Source of the DNA: Phoronis australis
Taxonomy: Eukaryota; Animalia; Phoronida
DNA: 42,822 bases
Assembly: GCA_002633005.1 (NCBI GenBank)
Contig: NMRA01000774.1
Span: forward strand, 1 to 42,822
Direction: 5' to 3'
The translations under genes were made by a program, and so were the position numbers. The notes below the pieces were generated by a model. It was not told where the DNA came from and made no database searches. It worked only from the letters and a program-made list of their open reading frames with translations. Below, piece by piece: positions 1 to 12,554 of this stretch. Each line of letters opens with the position of its first letter. The stretch's first letter is position 1.

Positions 1-479
1 GTGGCCACTTGGCGTATTCTTGTATGAGCTAACCACTAAGCTGCCGGAAGAGATTGCTAAAAGCCATATAAATATAAACCCAAGAAATTAGTTTAGGGTT
101 GTAATCAGACAAACTAGTTTGCCAGTCATCACGACTAATTTTCTTTTAACACCACAAATGACTTATGTGTATTGTTATCATGGCAAAATTCTAATTAAAT
201 AAAGGCTTCACCTCACCACCTGTACTGTTATTCCTCATCATTGTATCATGAGGGAAGGCTACTCAGTGAAGATGAATTCAGCTTCTGTCCAGCTGTCCTG
301 ACACTCAAGAGAAATCTGGGTCAAGCTATCTGAATACCTCCAGTGTGCACTGAATATAATAGAATGCTCTATTCAGTAATTGAAATCCCTCCATTCAATA
401 CCCTTTGCTGACACTAACAAGGATATTATCATGATATCCAGGGTACTGGACATACACTGAAATAGGTGCCGCAAGGTTT

Positions 480-815
480 TTTAAAAGCTAAACCCATAGA
501 GGTCATTGTTTAAAAAATGGCATTTCCCTTAAATTTATTAGACAATAAAAACGCATTTATCAGGTACGGGGTCTGGTTAGACCCCTGATAATGATAAATC
601 TCAGATAACAACAGAGAAAACTCTTAAACGAACATTGACAATAAAAGAGCATTGGGCTGACTAATCACTGAATGCTAAACTAGACCTCCTTCAGCCATGG
701 TAGCCTAATGAGTGTATCTTTTGTGAACTGTGCTTTATCTGACTTCTCTATTGCAGCACTTGATGTTTACGTCTACCTCATGATACTTATTAGTTGATAA
801 GGCGAAACGTCGTGT
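480..815 (+). mobile_element. Highly decayed 3' end of a Penelope-like retroelement with a hammerhead-like core
   Basis: Translation near 620-712 (RTLTIKEHW..KLDLLQP..NE) resembles the C-terminal 'E..WI..L.TL.P.GLN' motif of Penelope GIY-YIG ORFs. It is followed by CTCATGA-stem(CTTATT/GATAAG)-GAAACGTC at 777-811. The 5' boundary is uncertain. Confidence 0.45.
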
Positions 816-948
816 TCTCTAATATTTTTGCAAGCGCCATTATTTTTAAAATGCTCAAAACACAAAAACTTGTCTTTCCACTCTAACATTTTGGGATCAA
901 GGCAAAGCCCAGCTACAACTTGTACTTTATTTATAACCAAGATACGTA

Positions 949-3900
949 CAGCACGTCACGAATTTTTGTCCGACCGGTCGGAAATTGGTCGACGACCAGC
1001 CGTCGACCGGTCGTCTAGCCGACCAATAGCCGACCAATAACGGTCGGCTAGGAGCCGTCTGCTGAGTCGCCTCTGTGGTCGGCACTTGGGTCGGGTAAGT
1101 GGTCGCCTAGCGTAGACGACCAATTCGGATTAAGCGTGTCCTTGGTCGGCAATTACCATTTTATGACCTAGCGGGTGAACTTTGGACAAACAAACATTTA
1201 ACTGTTCGCTGTTCATTTACCAGTGGCAACTCCGGTCTTGACATCGGTTTATCAACTTTTGTTCTACTATTCAAAGGGGGTAAAATCGAATCAACCTACA
1301 AATACGAAGTGCGTGACATTACACCAGCCTAAAACTTTACGTTGAATTAATGACGGCGTGGTAAAATCAAACGTTAAGTGATATCGCGGAAGCATAACTT
1401 CTAACTTTAGATATGAGACTTTTCTACAATACATTATGCGTAAAAACAAGCACAAAATTTGAAATTTACAGTAAAATTGCATAGAAATCACAATACAACA
1501 CTGGATATTTTACGACCTCAATTGTTTTCATCCTGCGGAATGCTTAACATGCAGCATGCAATTGCGCTCATCCGTTATTGCTCTTGATCATCACTTCACC
1601 ACGCTATATATTGCGCTTTACCACAGATAATTATTGTACATCATTTCTGTATAATTTGTTAATATGTTAGTATAGCAATAGAACCCAAGTTTATTTTAGG
1701 AACAACATAAACAATGGTTTGAACATAGTGCTGATGTTAAATCATCTTGGGCCCATGAAAACGGAAGACTGTGATCGGTTTATAGTGTCATCCATCGTCC
1801 ATCATCATTCTGAAATTGTCACTTTCGCAGTAAAAAATCTTTTCGAAGCTAGAGCCCTCCTATCTAGCCAGCTAACTGTATGAAGACTATTTTCAAAATA
1901 CAGCAAGGTGCAACTGCGTATTGAGCTCAAACAGACCTCGAAACTTCACACAGCCCGGATAGTTACGCTTGTCACCTCGTCGAAAAGCTTGTATCAACAT
2001 GAGCTCAAGACCGGCGGGTGTGCATGCAAACTCTGGAAGTCAATTGGCATTCAAGTTGCCCGTTACGGCCGTTTTAACGAACTGAAAAAATTTGACGTCA
2101 TCTTCTTGCATAATTCTCTGCCTTTTGTAACGAAAAAACGTATGTCGTCGTTTTGAAAGAGTTCATTCGTGACACGCACCACTTTCAAAATGTTTTCGAC
2201 ATCTCCCATTAGATGGTGACATTTCAGCAAAATTTGTTCTAAAATTCAGTTCACTGATATCAAAATTCCACAAACATATAATGAAGGAAACCAATTCTGA
2301 TCATTTGTCGTGACGTTTACGCAACCTCGAGGGAGAACGTTTGATTGAATAATCTGGGGAAAAGAAACTGGCTAATAGGTGACGCAATATTTCATTGCAT
2401 CGAAAGTCGACGAAAATGATCATACCAGAATTTTAGCAGCAGAATAATTGTAAAAAACCAATTTTGGCAACGCTGGTAAATAATTTAGATTACTCTAGGA
2501 AGATTTCATTCGGTCAGTTTTTACCCACAACGGTGCAAATGTGTATATTTAATTTAGTAAACAGCTTCGCACCAAGGATAGAGTCTTCCAAGCCCTTTGG
2601 CGTAAGAACACAATACTTGGCATTTCGCGTATACTCCAAGGGGTAAAACTTTGAAAATAATATTTTCGGGGTAGCCTGGTACATGTAATCCTGAAAAAGT
2701 AGTCTGTGTTTTCATGTAGAGCATAAAAATTATTAACCCAGTGATTCAAAAAGAACACTTTCGTAAACGAAAACGCACACAATTTTCAGCTCTATTACAC
2801 TGGTTAAAAACAACTTCAAAAGTTTATTGCATCGGATTCTAGTGATCACCAGGGCAAGTCAAAACTCTTAAGGGGCGCAATTTCAAACCTCTGGCATGAA
2901 TCAGTGATATAAAAATGGAATTAGACCGACTTTAATTCATAAGCAATGTAGACACAACAGTTACAGACACTGACTGCTTTTGTTAACGTCTTGTGACAAT
3001 GATGAAAATAATTGTTTCTACTATGATTGATAACAAGTTTTACTCTGATGAGGTATGATGCAATATGCATGTCGAATATGCAGATCGGCAGTTGCAAAAT
3101 ATTTACTGGGTTTAATGAATCCGTTTGTTACGAACCACTGCAAAAGTATGATTACTAATTGTACATTCGAAGCATGCCTCATTAGAATAAAAACATAAAC
3201 ATGCTTGATGATCCTGGGACTACCTCTATTACAGGAATGAATGAAGATATGTAGTTGTTAAGCCATAGACTATAATAAGGCTTAAATAATATCACACTGA
3301 GTCATCTACACCAGACATATACAGCTGTACAAAGGATACAGCATTTCAAAAGAATCCACAACTACTCAATTTCATACTCATAACTGCTCATTTTTCACAG
3401 TATTACTAAATAAGGAACACCTAGATTTATATAAGAAGTTAAGTACGATGCTACACAACCTGCTCTCCCACATTTATGGGAGGCCTAATTTGAAACATTT
3501 AACGGCATATATTTTCTATGCAAGATTAAAACCAAGCAAAACATGTTAACTCTCCAGGACCAAAAATAAAAATCTCAAAACCAGAAATTTTACTTAAGCA
3601 GGAATTAAAACAATCCAATACATTGAGATTGTTTTCACACAGAAGACCAAAAAACAAATAAAGACCAAAATTCAACACGTCAAGACTGAAAATTTATCAC
3701 ATCATCACCTATAATTTATCAAGTGAAGACAAAAAATTCTTCACTTCAGGATCAAAATAAAATACGACCGAACTGAAAATTTAATAAGTCAGGTTCAAAA
3801 ACTTACGTCAGTAACTTTACACGCCAGGACACCACGTCACCATCCCCAAGCATGGATCCTTCAAAGTGATAACGTCCGTATAAACAAGGGCTAAATGTTC

Positions 3901-6129
3901 AACCTCTTGCCGACGAGACATATTATCTTGGAAATGCGGTTGAATTTCTTTCGTCTAATCCACGCTTTACAATAGATGCCAATGTATAGGTACACACTGG
4001 ATTGTCATCATTGCATAATGGGTGATCATGTAGTCTCCGGGCATGAAAACAATTCTCTCCTGGCGTGATAAGTTTTCTGACACAATAAATCCTGGTTGCC
4101 AATTATTTTTGATTCTACAGAGATTTCAATTCCTGAATAGAAAATGTGTGTTCTGGATTTTTCCGCTTCAGCTTTCCATTCAGCTAACTAGTGTACAGCA
4201 TAGTGTTTTCACTATCCCGTGGCGGCTACACTGCAACGAATCACTTCTAGTACAACCCTCCGTACATGTAAATGACGTTCGTATTTTGCACATTTCTTCG
4301 GCGTAACAGTTTTCCAAGAGCTATTTATTCATTGGACATGTTTCTTTTTTGGTATTCGGTTTTATTTTCTTTCTCAGGTAGTCCTTGAGGTCATGCTCTG
4401 AATATTTTGAAAACGCAACTCTTTCTTTTCGCAGATACCGTTTTCTGCCTTGGACACCGACTCGCTAAATTCATCAACCAAACATTTATTTTTGAAAATG
4501 CCCTTTAAAGTGTACTTTTTTAAAACACCATGTTGACCATAGTCGTCAGTATAGAAAAGCGAAATAAACAAATTTGTACACACTGCTCAAAGCACTTTTG
4601 TGGACATACGGAAACGCCAACGTCTCTGTCTTAGAACGCTGCCTGTGCTTGGCAGTTCATTTCATGCTGGAAACTTTTTTAAGACTGAGCACCTGAAATC
4701 TGAGCACCTGAGAACTGGGCAGCTGAGAACAGAAGAATTATTCTGTGATTTTAGGACTGAAACGGCCGGGAACCAAGTCTCGAGTGGTGACTCATTAGAA
4801 TGTGCAAAACTTGGGGAGGGGTGGGGGTGGCGATACAAGCATGATTTATTTATTTTCTATTTTTATTTTGTAGTTGCCACTAGCGTCACTTATTATCTAA
4901 GGTGGCCAGATCATACGCTATAAATATCACCAGACGCTTTGCTTCTCAAAAGTGCACCTTCATGTATTTTCTATCATTTTTTGCTAATCGCAATCGCTTT
5001 ACCAAAGATTCACGCAAATATGCCGCGTAGAGACAAATACCTTTTCACCACGTATTCACATCTTCCCGTTCACAATTGTTTTATTTTATATAATTTGTCA
5101 ATATGTTGTTAACAAAAAATACTTATTTTTGGAACAACGTGAACGGCCAACTGATAGGGGTCTACGTGTACATGTAACTAGCCCAGATATTAATGTCACC
5201 GATACATGAAAACGGAATGCGCAAAGCTACGTACAATTGGCTGTAGCCTCAACAGTGGTCAATCCGTGTTAGATGTCACCGTCTTAGTTCGTGGAAATCG
5301 TAACCATAATATGATTTCGAAGTTAGAGCCATCTAATCAAAGTCCGTGGGTTTAGGGCATAGGCCTACTGAACCGTGAATTTCACGTCTGTACTGCAAGG
5401 GTCAATACTATGAAAATAAAATACCGGAGTGAGAGCTCCTCGCGGTGTAACAACTCACTCACTAATCCATCATCATGGGCGCGCGTGATAGACCGGTGAA
5501 TAACTTAAAAAACACAAAAATGATGCAGTTTGGCGTTACACAAACAAAATCAACTGTGGTCGAAGACTGCGAAAAATAGCGGCGCGTTTACAAAATGACT
5601 ACAGCGTTGTATTGACCAGGAAGCAACCAATCTAATACAACTTGTTAACGTCACGAGTCAAATTAAAGATCAAATGTAAAGAAAACTTTAAGTTACGTTT
5701 TTCATCCAGAACTTGTTGCATTGTCCATCATCCAGTATTTATTATTACCGCTTGCCTTCAAACTTCGAATTACTGGTGTTACACAACCGACGTGAACTCA
5801 TGTAACCGAGACAGCAAAACTAGGTTTATTTATTTGACCCTGTGCTAAGACAAATATGCATCGACACGGAAAGTGGTACGAGCCTGACAACCTATTACGC
5901 AACTGCTACTTTAGCCTAAAAATAGCAGCCGACCAGCTGGTCGGCTGATGGCCGGTCGGCTGAAGGGTCGGCTGAAGGGTCGGCTGGGGAGTCGCCTTAT
6001 GAGTCGGCACTGAGGCCGGCTGCCGGTCGGCTAATTTTTAGCCGACCGGTCGGCAAATTAGACGACCGGTCGACGGCTAGTCGTCGACCAATTTCCGACC
6101 GGGCGGCCAAAAATTCGTGATGTGTGCTG
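949..6129. mobile_element. 5.2 kb non-autonomous DNA transposon with ~70 bp TIRs, TA target duplication and subterminal GTCGGC/GCCGAC repeats; superfamily uncertain (CMC/EnSpm-like or Tc1/mariner-like)
   Basis: Left end reads TA|CAGCACGTCACGAATTTTTGTCCGACCGGTCGGAAATTGGTCGACGAC. The reverse complement of the right end reads TA|CAGCACACATCACGAATTTTTGGCCGCCCGGTCGGAAATTGGTCGACGAC. TA lies at 947-948 and 6130-6131. No transposase was recognised inside. Confidence 0.85.
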
Positions 6130-6348
6130 TATATGTATGTGCGCTCTGTTAATGAAATGACATCATTGAACTCCTTTCTATTACACAGGTTAAAAGACAA
6201 CAACACAAATTGTCACCACAGGACTAGTAAAGGCGACTGTAGAAATTAACAACACTAAACTTCCATAGCGAAGAATTGTCCCAAAGCTTGTAAAATCTAA
6301 GGTTGAAGCAGCGACTTTTAATTTGATTTTGGAACAGCTTGTGGAAAG

Positions 6349-6354
6349 AATAAT

Positions 6355-6387
<33 letters not shown>
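6349..6387. repeat. (AAT)n microsatellite
   Basis: About 13 AAT units with one interruption; it explains the poly-Ile ORF at 6190..6426. Confidence 0.95.
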
Positions 6388-7249
6388 CTGCCAATCAATC
6401 CAATTTCTTTGTTTTCTTTCAATCACTTATAGCGTTTTCTAAGTTGCCTGTGATTAGATTATAAGCCTGCATGGCGACGAAATGTTGCTTTCCGGTGACG
6501 TCACCAAAACACGTAGTCTAACGAATATTTAAAGACGTACGGATGTAAGTAGAAACCTCGAACAAGTGAACTTGGGGATTGACTAATGACGCAAAATATT
6601 GCACCTGTGCAATTTACTGCGATCTGTATTGATTGATAAGACTTATTTACAATTTTTCTGAACAATTTCTAAAAAAGTACCGAAAGATCACGTTGACATT
6701 CTGTATGGATACGATTGAGGTACGATTACGCAAATGCTTCGCGCCCGGAGATGTACGTGCTAGTCAACCTGGAGTTACCTGGGGTGAAGGTTTATTTCGT
6801 GCCCGTAGGTTGCACCTGGAAAATGAAAAAACACACAATTCGTGACAAGAACACGGTTTTGGCTAGGGAAGCACACCGTGGACGGACCAAGAGGTTAGCT
6901 TGAAATCAGTGGCGAATAAACCATAAGACTAACTAGACTTAAGCTTAGGGGCCCAAGGAAGTAGGGGTGGCTGGATGCTCGGGCGGAAAATCCCTATGTC
7001 CCTTAGGTGTGTACAATATCTCAAAATTTTACGACGCTGTAAAGTTTGTCACACAATGAAACGATTTTTATCTCGCATTGCATCACATGTTGTAGCGTTG
7101 AAGTCATCCGTCACAGTTGGCGGAGAGCGTAAAAGTACAAAACAAGTACAAACACACTTTGCATGCAACAAATCCCCAGCCTCTTGGACTTATACATGCA
7201 AGTCACTTGGATATTAGTTAACATCCAAAAGGTTACACACAATATAGGC

Positions 7250-8650
7250 AAGTCTTGCGATAATCCATTGCCCTAATCAAAAACCTCGCATGAGCTTCCA
7301 GATAATACAGAAAAAAGGTCTAGGGGGAACATTCTCTTGGAAACTCCGTTCTTAAACTTTCAAATTTGGTGCAAACAAAAATAAATACATTTCGTCTTTT
7401 ATTTCATTTTGGTTACATACTTATCAAAATCTTTTTTAACGGAGATCCCGAAAGGCGAAAATCCTGATTGCAACTGTTCAAACACAGAGCGTACTTAACT
7501 GTAACAAGGCAAAGTGTGTATTTTACAAGGTCAATAAACCATGGATACTCTGTCAGAAATTACCATTTGATTCAGGTTACTGACTGTACTGAAATATATC
7601 TCATCCTGCTTCGTTCTCTAATTAAAAAGGATTCATCGGCTTGATGGGAGCTCAAATTTTCCCGACGTCGCCGCTGTCTTGCTAGGTTTATTGAGTTTCA
7701 GGGACTAATGCAGTATGGTCTTCAAAGGCATTCCAAGCGATCTATTGTAACTAATTACATTCAAAAGATGACAGCGCGATGCTTTGGAGTAGCAAAACGC
7801 TGTTGCATAAGATCACGCGTTTAACACCAATAAAAGCCAGAAACTGCACTTTGGATCCCTGCATGTATCTGTATGCAACGGGTCCGTAGTTCTTGTCACA
7901 AAACTCACTAGATCATGTCCACAAATGTAAGTGTTCAAGGTATGTTGCTCTTTTTAAGGTGGTTACTGTTTCTTGTCTATTTACAATAGGGCTACTACGA
8001 TTAAAGATATAGGTACTCGCCCTCAGTGAAGACAAAAGGGACATGATCAATGTAGTAATGTAAAATCAATGGCGAAAAGATGAATAAGTTATGAATTAGA
8101 AAAATATGCCACAGGACCTGCGTGTACAAAAAACGACTTGGGTTGAAGCGTCTAACCACTTAAACAGGGGTACAGTAAACATGACTATAAAACAAAATTA
8201 GTGGTATTCTTCGCCTGTTGAACCCACAGAAACGCTTTTTGTAATTTGTAATGAGGGTCGAAATTTGAAAATATAAGTTTTAGTTTGGAGAGTTGTGAAA
8301 CATAATTTGCCTAATCTCCTACAAAATTTGCACATCCTGCATGTCCAGTTCAGACGATGAGCCGGGAGCAGGCGCACAACATTAGAGGCACGTATCAGTA
8401 GCATAGTAAATGCCAAAATCGATTGTGAGTAAAATGATGAGGCGCAGAGCCGAGAATAATTCAGACCGTTGTCCAATAGAAATGAAATTAAAATTTCCAT
8501 TGTCTGATAACGTGCCGGATAATGACAGAATGCTGCTTTAGGTGTACATGGAAATTAAATTGACAGGAAGGTATATCGGAACGATTCAAATCTCGCAAGT
8601 AATAGATGGTTTTGCAACTGATGAGGCTTGGATGACGGCAAAAACACAAC
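7250..8650 (+). mobile_element. Decayed Penelope-like element (RT thumb and GIY-YIG relics) with a 3' hammerhead-like core
   Basis: Fragments appear in the expected order: NKPWILCQKLPFDSG (~KPTDxxQYLxFxS), NIICLISYKIC (~NVIYLISCxxC), TTLEARIS, and VYRNDSNL (~xYPNGLN). CTGATGAGGC...GCAAAAAC follows at 8618-8645. There are many stops and frameshifts. Confidence 0.55.
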
Positions 8651-9049
8651 AACCAGAATGTCTGTCAAAAGCGTGGTTCGATCACAAAGGACACCAAAGA
8701 TATTGATTAACGTCGAACACCACCTGGACATTTACCTCTTTACCGAAAACACAGTAAAACTATCACGATCAAGAACTAATATCATCAAGCCTTGGCGTCA
8801 AGTTTCTTAGTATTTTGCAATGACATACATGTATGTGATATCTGTTGTGGTTGCCCAGCACCTCTACTTCAACAATTTCTGACAAACAACGGATGAGCTC
8901 TTAAGAATGTTTATAGTTTAGTAAACGACTATCATAGTGCTGAAGTCAAAGACGAAAAGTGTTTAGTTTTTGTATGTGGATTTTAAAGTTATTGCCATAC
9001 AGTGTACATAATTGCGAAGTCTTACTTCCAGACCCCACCTTAAATGATG

Positions 9050-9610
9050 CCGCGGCTAACGAAATAATTAACATTATATAGAACACGAGAACTTAGAAAT
9101 TGGTTGAATTAGACGAAATAAATTTCGCGTTGTTTGAGTATAACACACCACTCTATCTTGTTGTTGAAACGTTTACTTGATATAGATGTGTACCTTCCCG
9201 TCAGATACGTATACTTGACGTGATACTAGCACAGTGTAGAAATTGGGAGAGAAAGTATCGTGGCCGGATTTAACTAGTGCTGAAGATTACGGATAAAATA
9301 CATTTTGAAATGATTTGCAATAGATTATACCATTGGTAATTGGGTGTCGGCCATTAAAAATATCTTATTAACTAGAGCTTCAACGAAGTACGGCTAAACC
9401 ACCGTGCAGTTTGCGAAGGAACGTTGTTGGCTCTGTTTTTACAACAGATAAAAAGACCGTCGTTTACGTACAAAGTTGGTATTCAGATATTCGACATTGC
9501 AAAAAGATATACTTCATCACGAAGTTTAAGGAAGCCTTTGCAGAACAATTGTGCATAAATGAACAATTTAAATTGGTACGTGTTTTATCGAAACTTCATC
9601 GGGATTTTAG
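9050..9610 (+). mobile_element. Non-LTR retrotransposon ORF2 C-terminal relic (RTEX-like by inference)
   Basis: NWVSAIKNILL..FNEV...QSWYSDIRHCKKIYFITKFK matches the post-RT 'NW..VK..L...GF..VW...Q.W...I....K...Y..FK' pattern. Confidence 0.55.
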
Positions 9611-9779
9611 TGTGGGTACCATACTTCATTAATTGAGTGGGACAGGTATATGAAATGTGACTGAGTTGACTGAATATGCTCCTTATTTACGAGAAACAGT
9701 CTTGAAAACGAATTTTCTGTGTGTTCTAATGTCTGATGCATTCCATGATCTGAGGAAGATGTAACATGTTGTATTGCAA

Positions 9780-10330
9780 AGGTAGACTTGATATACTTGG
9801 CAAATTGGCTAGGGATATACTGAAACAGCAGTTTTAACGTATCTAATCTTCTGAAATCTACAAAGTTCGGGTCTCGAAGTGAAATATTGTTAAATATAAG
9901 AAACCTCCATGAGTTATAAAAGAACAACCAAACACAAAATGTAACTCACCCTCCACATAACCAGAATCACAACACATGCAAAGCCTTTTCACTTACAGGA
10001 GTGTTTACTTAAAGACCAATTCCCAAGTGCAATGGGAGATTTCCTGCTCTCAACTGAGCCAAAACAGATCGCTCGGAACGAGATAAATTAGGCTTTACAT
10101 ACGGTTGAGTTAAAACTCGTGCTTAAATGTAATGTAGGCTCTTAACTTGAGTTTTGCTACAACAGACTCAACCCAAACATGTTTCGAGTATCCAAATAAC
10201 TTGATTCTAGCTTCTACTATGTTACAAGTACCCCTGTAGTCAAATTTTGAAAACAGTATTGCATGCCAGTTATGTTCAACAAATTTTGGTTCCTTCAATT
10301 CAATCATTTCTACCATCAGCGTAGTATCGT
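9780..10330 (-). mobile_element. Non-LTR retrotransposon 3' fragment with C-terminal zinc knuckle (RTEX-like by inference)
   Basis: Across frameshifts it reads KLKLRAYITFKHEF / QPYVKPNLSRSERSVLAQLRAGNLPL / RLCMCCDSGYVEGELHFVFGC / IFNNISLRDPNF. Confidence 0.8.
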
Positions 10331-12015
10331 ATGTTTGCTGTTGACTTCCAGGCGTAATAGGTTTCGTTCACCTGACAGTAGATTGTAAAATGAACACAAT
10401 CAAGTACATGTATATGTTTCGAACTGACACTGAGAAGAGAGAGGAAGGGGGGGGGGCGCAAAGGAATGATGAATCCTCAGGTTTGATGCCCTTGAATAGT
10501 ATTATTGAACTGTCGGTATCTGACGTTTTGTACAGTTGAGATAAACATTAATTTTGGATGTGATATTCCATCCAAGTTTGCATGTTCATTTCAACTGCAC
10601 TCATTTTTGAAAGTGTTTCTTGTTACGTTTGCTGTGGATTGTCACACAGAGTTCGACTGGGGTTGGTTGGCAGGTTTAAAATAATATAAGGTGATTGAGG
10701 ACGACATAGGAGGGAAGGCATTCAGAATTCTCGAGAAGAAAATATGACTCAACATTCCAGCACCCAGCCTAAAATATAGGTGGGGGGAATCGAATAATTT
10801 TTCAATATGTGGACTAAAAACGGGGTACTGTGTTCAGACCTATGAATTCCTGTGAACTTTTGTCTCGTTTTCTCGCACTTCCTGTTTCTCTGAGGTGGAA
10901 GTTTTTGCCCACTTCGCCAAATTGGGAGGGAGGGGCCCGATCTGGGCACCCCGAGCACCCACCCCCCCCTTGGCTTCGCGCATGCTACACACGATCTCGT
11001 TACCTTTGGACTGTCATCTTCCACGTTATCGTATCATAATATCCTTATGTCGGATGAACATTGTGATTTCGCTATATTTGTGCAAACCCGCTGTTTCATT
11101 TTAAGTTCAGATTAACTAAATCTAGGTATAGACAAAATCACTGTTATTGTTTTTTTGAAATGATGGCTACCTCAGGCATTACCAAAAGAGAACTCCGCTA
11201 CGTAAAAATCAGATGCACTGTTTAACCTGGTTTCACTTAACTACGAATGATACAGATCTTGTTGAAAGGTAATGAATCAAAATCTGAATTTGATGTAAAA
11301 GCATCCCTACTGTCAGTATTTTCAAGTGTTCCCACTTTTATTAACATGAAAATGTTTGAAACAAAATATCTGCCTTTCCTTAGATACAGTGTGCATGTGT
11401 GGTAGCGACCTCTGTTGCCTTCACTACGGTGATAATATTAAACACATTCAAAATAGCCTTTTCCCTGATATTTAAAACAGATGTTCGACACAAAAACAAA
11501 GTTTTGTTATAGACCATATAAAGTCATAAAATTGGCATCAAAGTGTTGATTTGTGAAATTGCTGATAAATTTTGGTGCATTTGAGTTTTTAATTACATTT
11601 CAGCAATGTGCCTCCCGGAGTTTCAATATTTATTTGAATTTAGGACCATACAATAACAATTGTATACATTTAGTCTGCAAAACCTGAGATAAAACTATAT
11701 AAATGTTCAATATAACATTGTCTAATAACACTCTGTGATGCAATTGGAAATGTACATATGAATTGAAAGAAAAAATAAAATATTGACTATGTGTATATGT
11801 AAACCAATCAGAACATTTTTGCTCTGCTGTTAGTCAAATTGATTGTAGGCCAACAAAAATTGAAAAATAGTTTAGCCAGATATTTTGTTTTGTGTTGACT
11901 ATAATAAGTATGATAAATAGATCAAAATTAGTGTATAATATTTAAGAACAGGCATTCAACGGTATCCCAGCAATTGGTTGGTTTCTAATTCTTAAATTAT
12001 GAAACGATAAACCTG

Positions 12016-12416
12016 GGCCCGGTCTCTAATCTTTGTACTCAAAACGAACTCGAAACTATTTTTGGCAATTTCTCTGCTCCTTTTGCGCGAACTTAAGATA
12101 ATTGGTTATCAGACTGTGCTCGAATACATTGTAGTTTATGCATAGGAGTTTCTAGTTCAAGTTTGCCCTTGAAGAACCTTATATTCGTCCTACAAACTCG
12201 AGTAAAAACTCGAAATTTCGAGTTCAAACTCGAACTTATTGCTTTAATATTGGGCTTACAAACTGTGAACTAAGGGCAATAAATTATCTACGTAAGTTAT
12301 TGTGAACTCGAGCATAGAATAATAGACACTTATCTTGAGTTCGCCCAAAAGTAGAGTAGAAAATGTCAAACCTAATTTCGAGTTCCATTTCGAGTAAATA
12401 GATAGGATACCGGGCC
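12016..12416. mobile_element. Palindromic MITE, PIF/Harbinger-like (GGCCC termini, CTG target duplication)
   Basis: CTG|GGCCCGGTCTCTAATCT ... AGATAGGATACCGGGCC|CTG. The two arms stay complementary for more than 100 bp and contain CGAACTCGA-type motifs. Confidence 0.8.
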
Positions 12417-12554
12417 CTGATGTCAGTGGAACTGAAAATTTTACTTTCAGAAGTAGCTTTACTTAGCGTGACATTTGAGCAGCTTCGGCATAGAAAGGTT
12501 CAAATCAAATTATGTCGTGAAAACACACAAATTTCGGATACCCAAAGTACAATT

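Noticed and set aside
828-1040. Similar peptides in ORFs 828..1040 (+) and 5997..6206 (-)
   Set aside because: The similarity is simply the translated TIRs; these are not genes.
3045-3075. CTGATGAG as a hammerhead core
   Set aside because: No stem II or GAAA follows.
6190-6426. Poly-Ile membrane-protein-like ORF
   Set aside because: It is an artefact of the AAT microsatellite.
6907-6975. CAGTGGCG...GGGGCCC start resembling a small hAT-type MITE
   Set aside because: No matching right end or target duplication was found.
10750-10985. GC-rich tract ending CCCCCCCTTGGCTTCGCGCATG, like a MITE right end
   Set aside because: The partner terminus was not found. The overlapping short ORFs reflect GC content.
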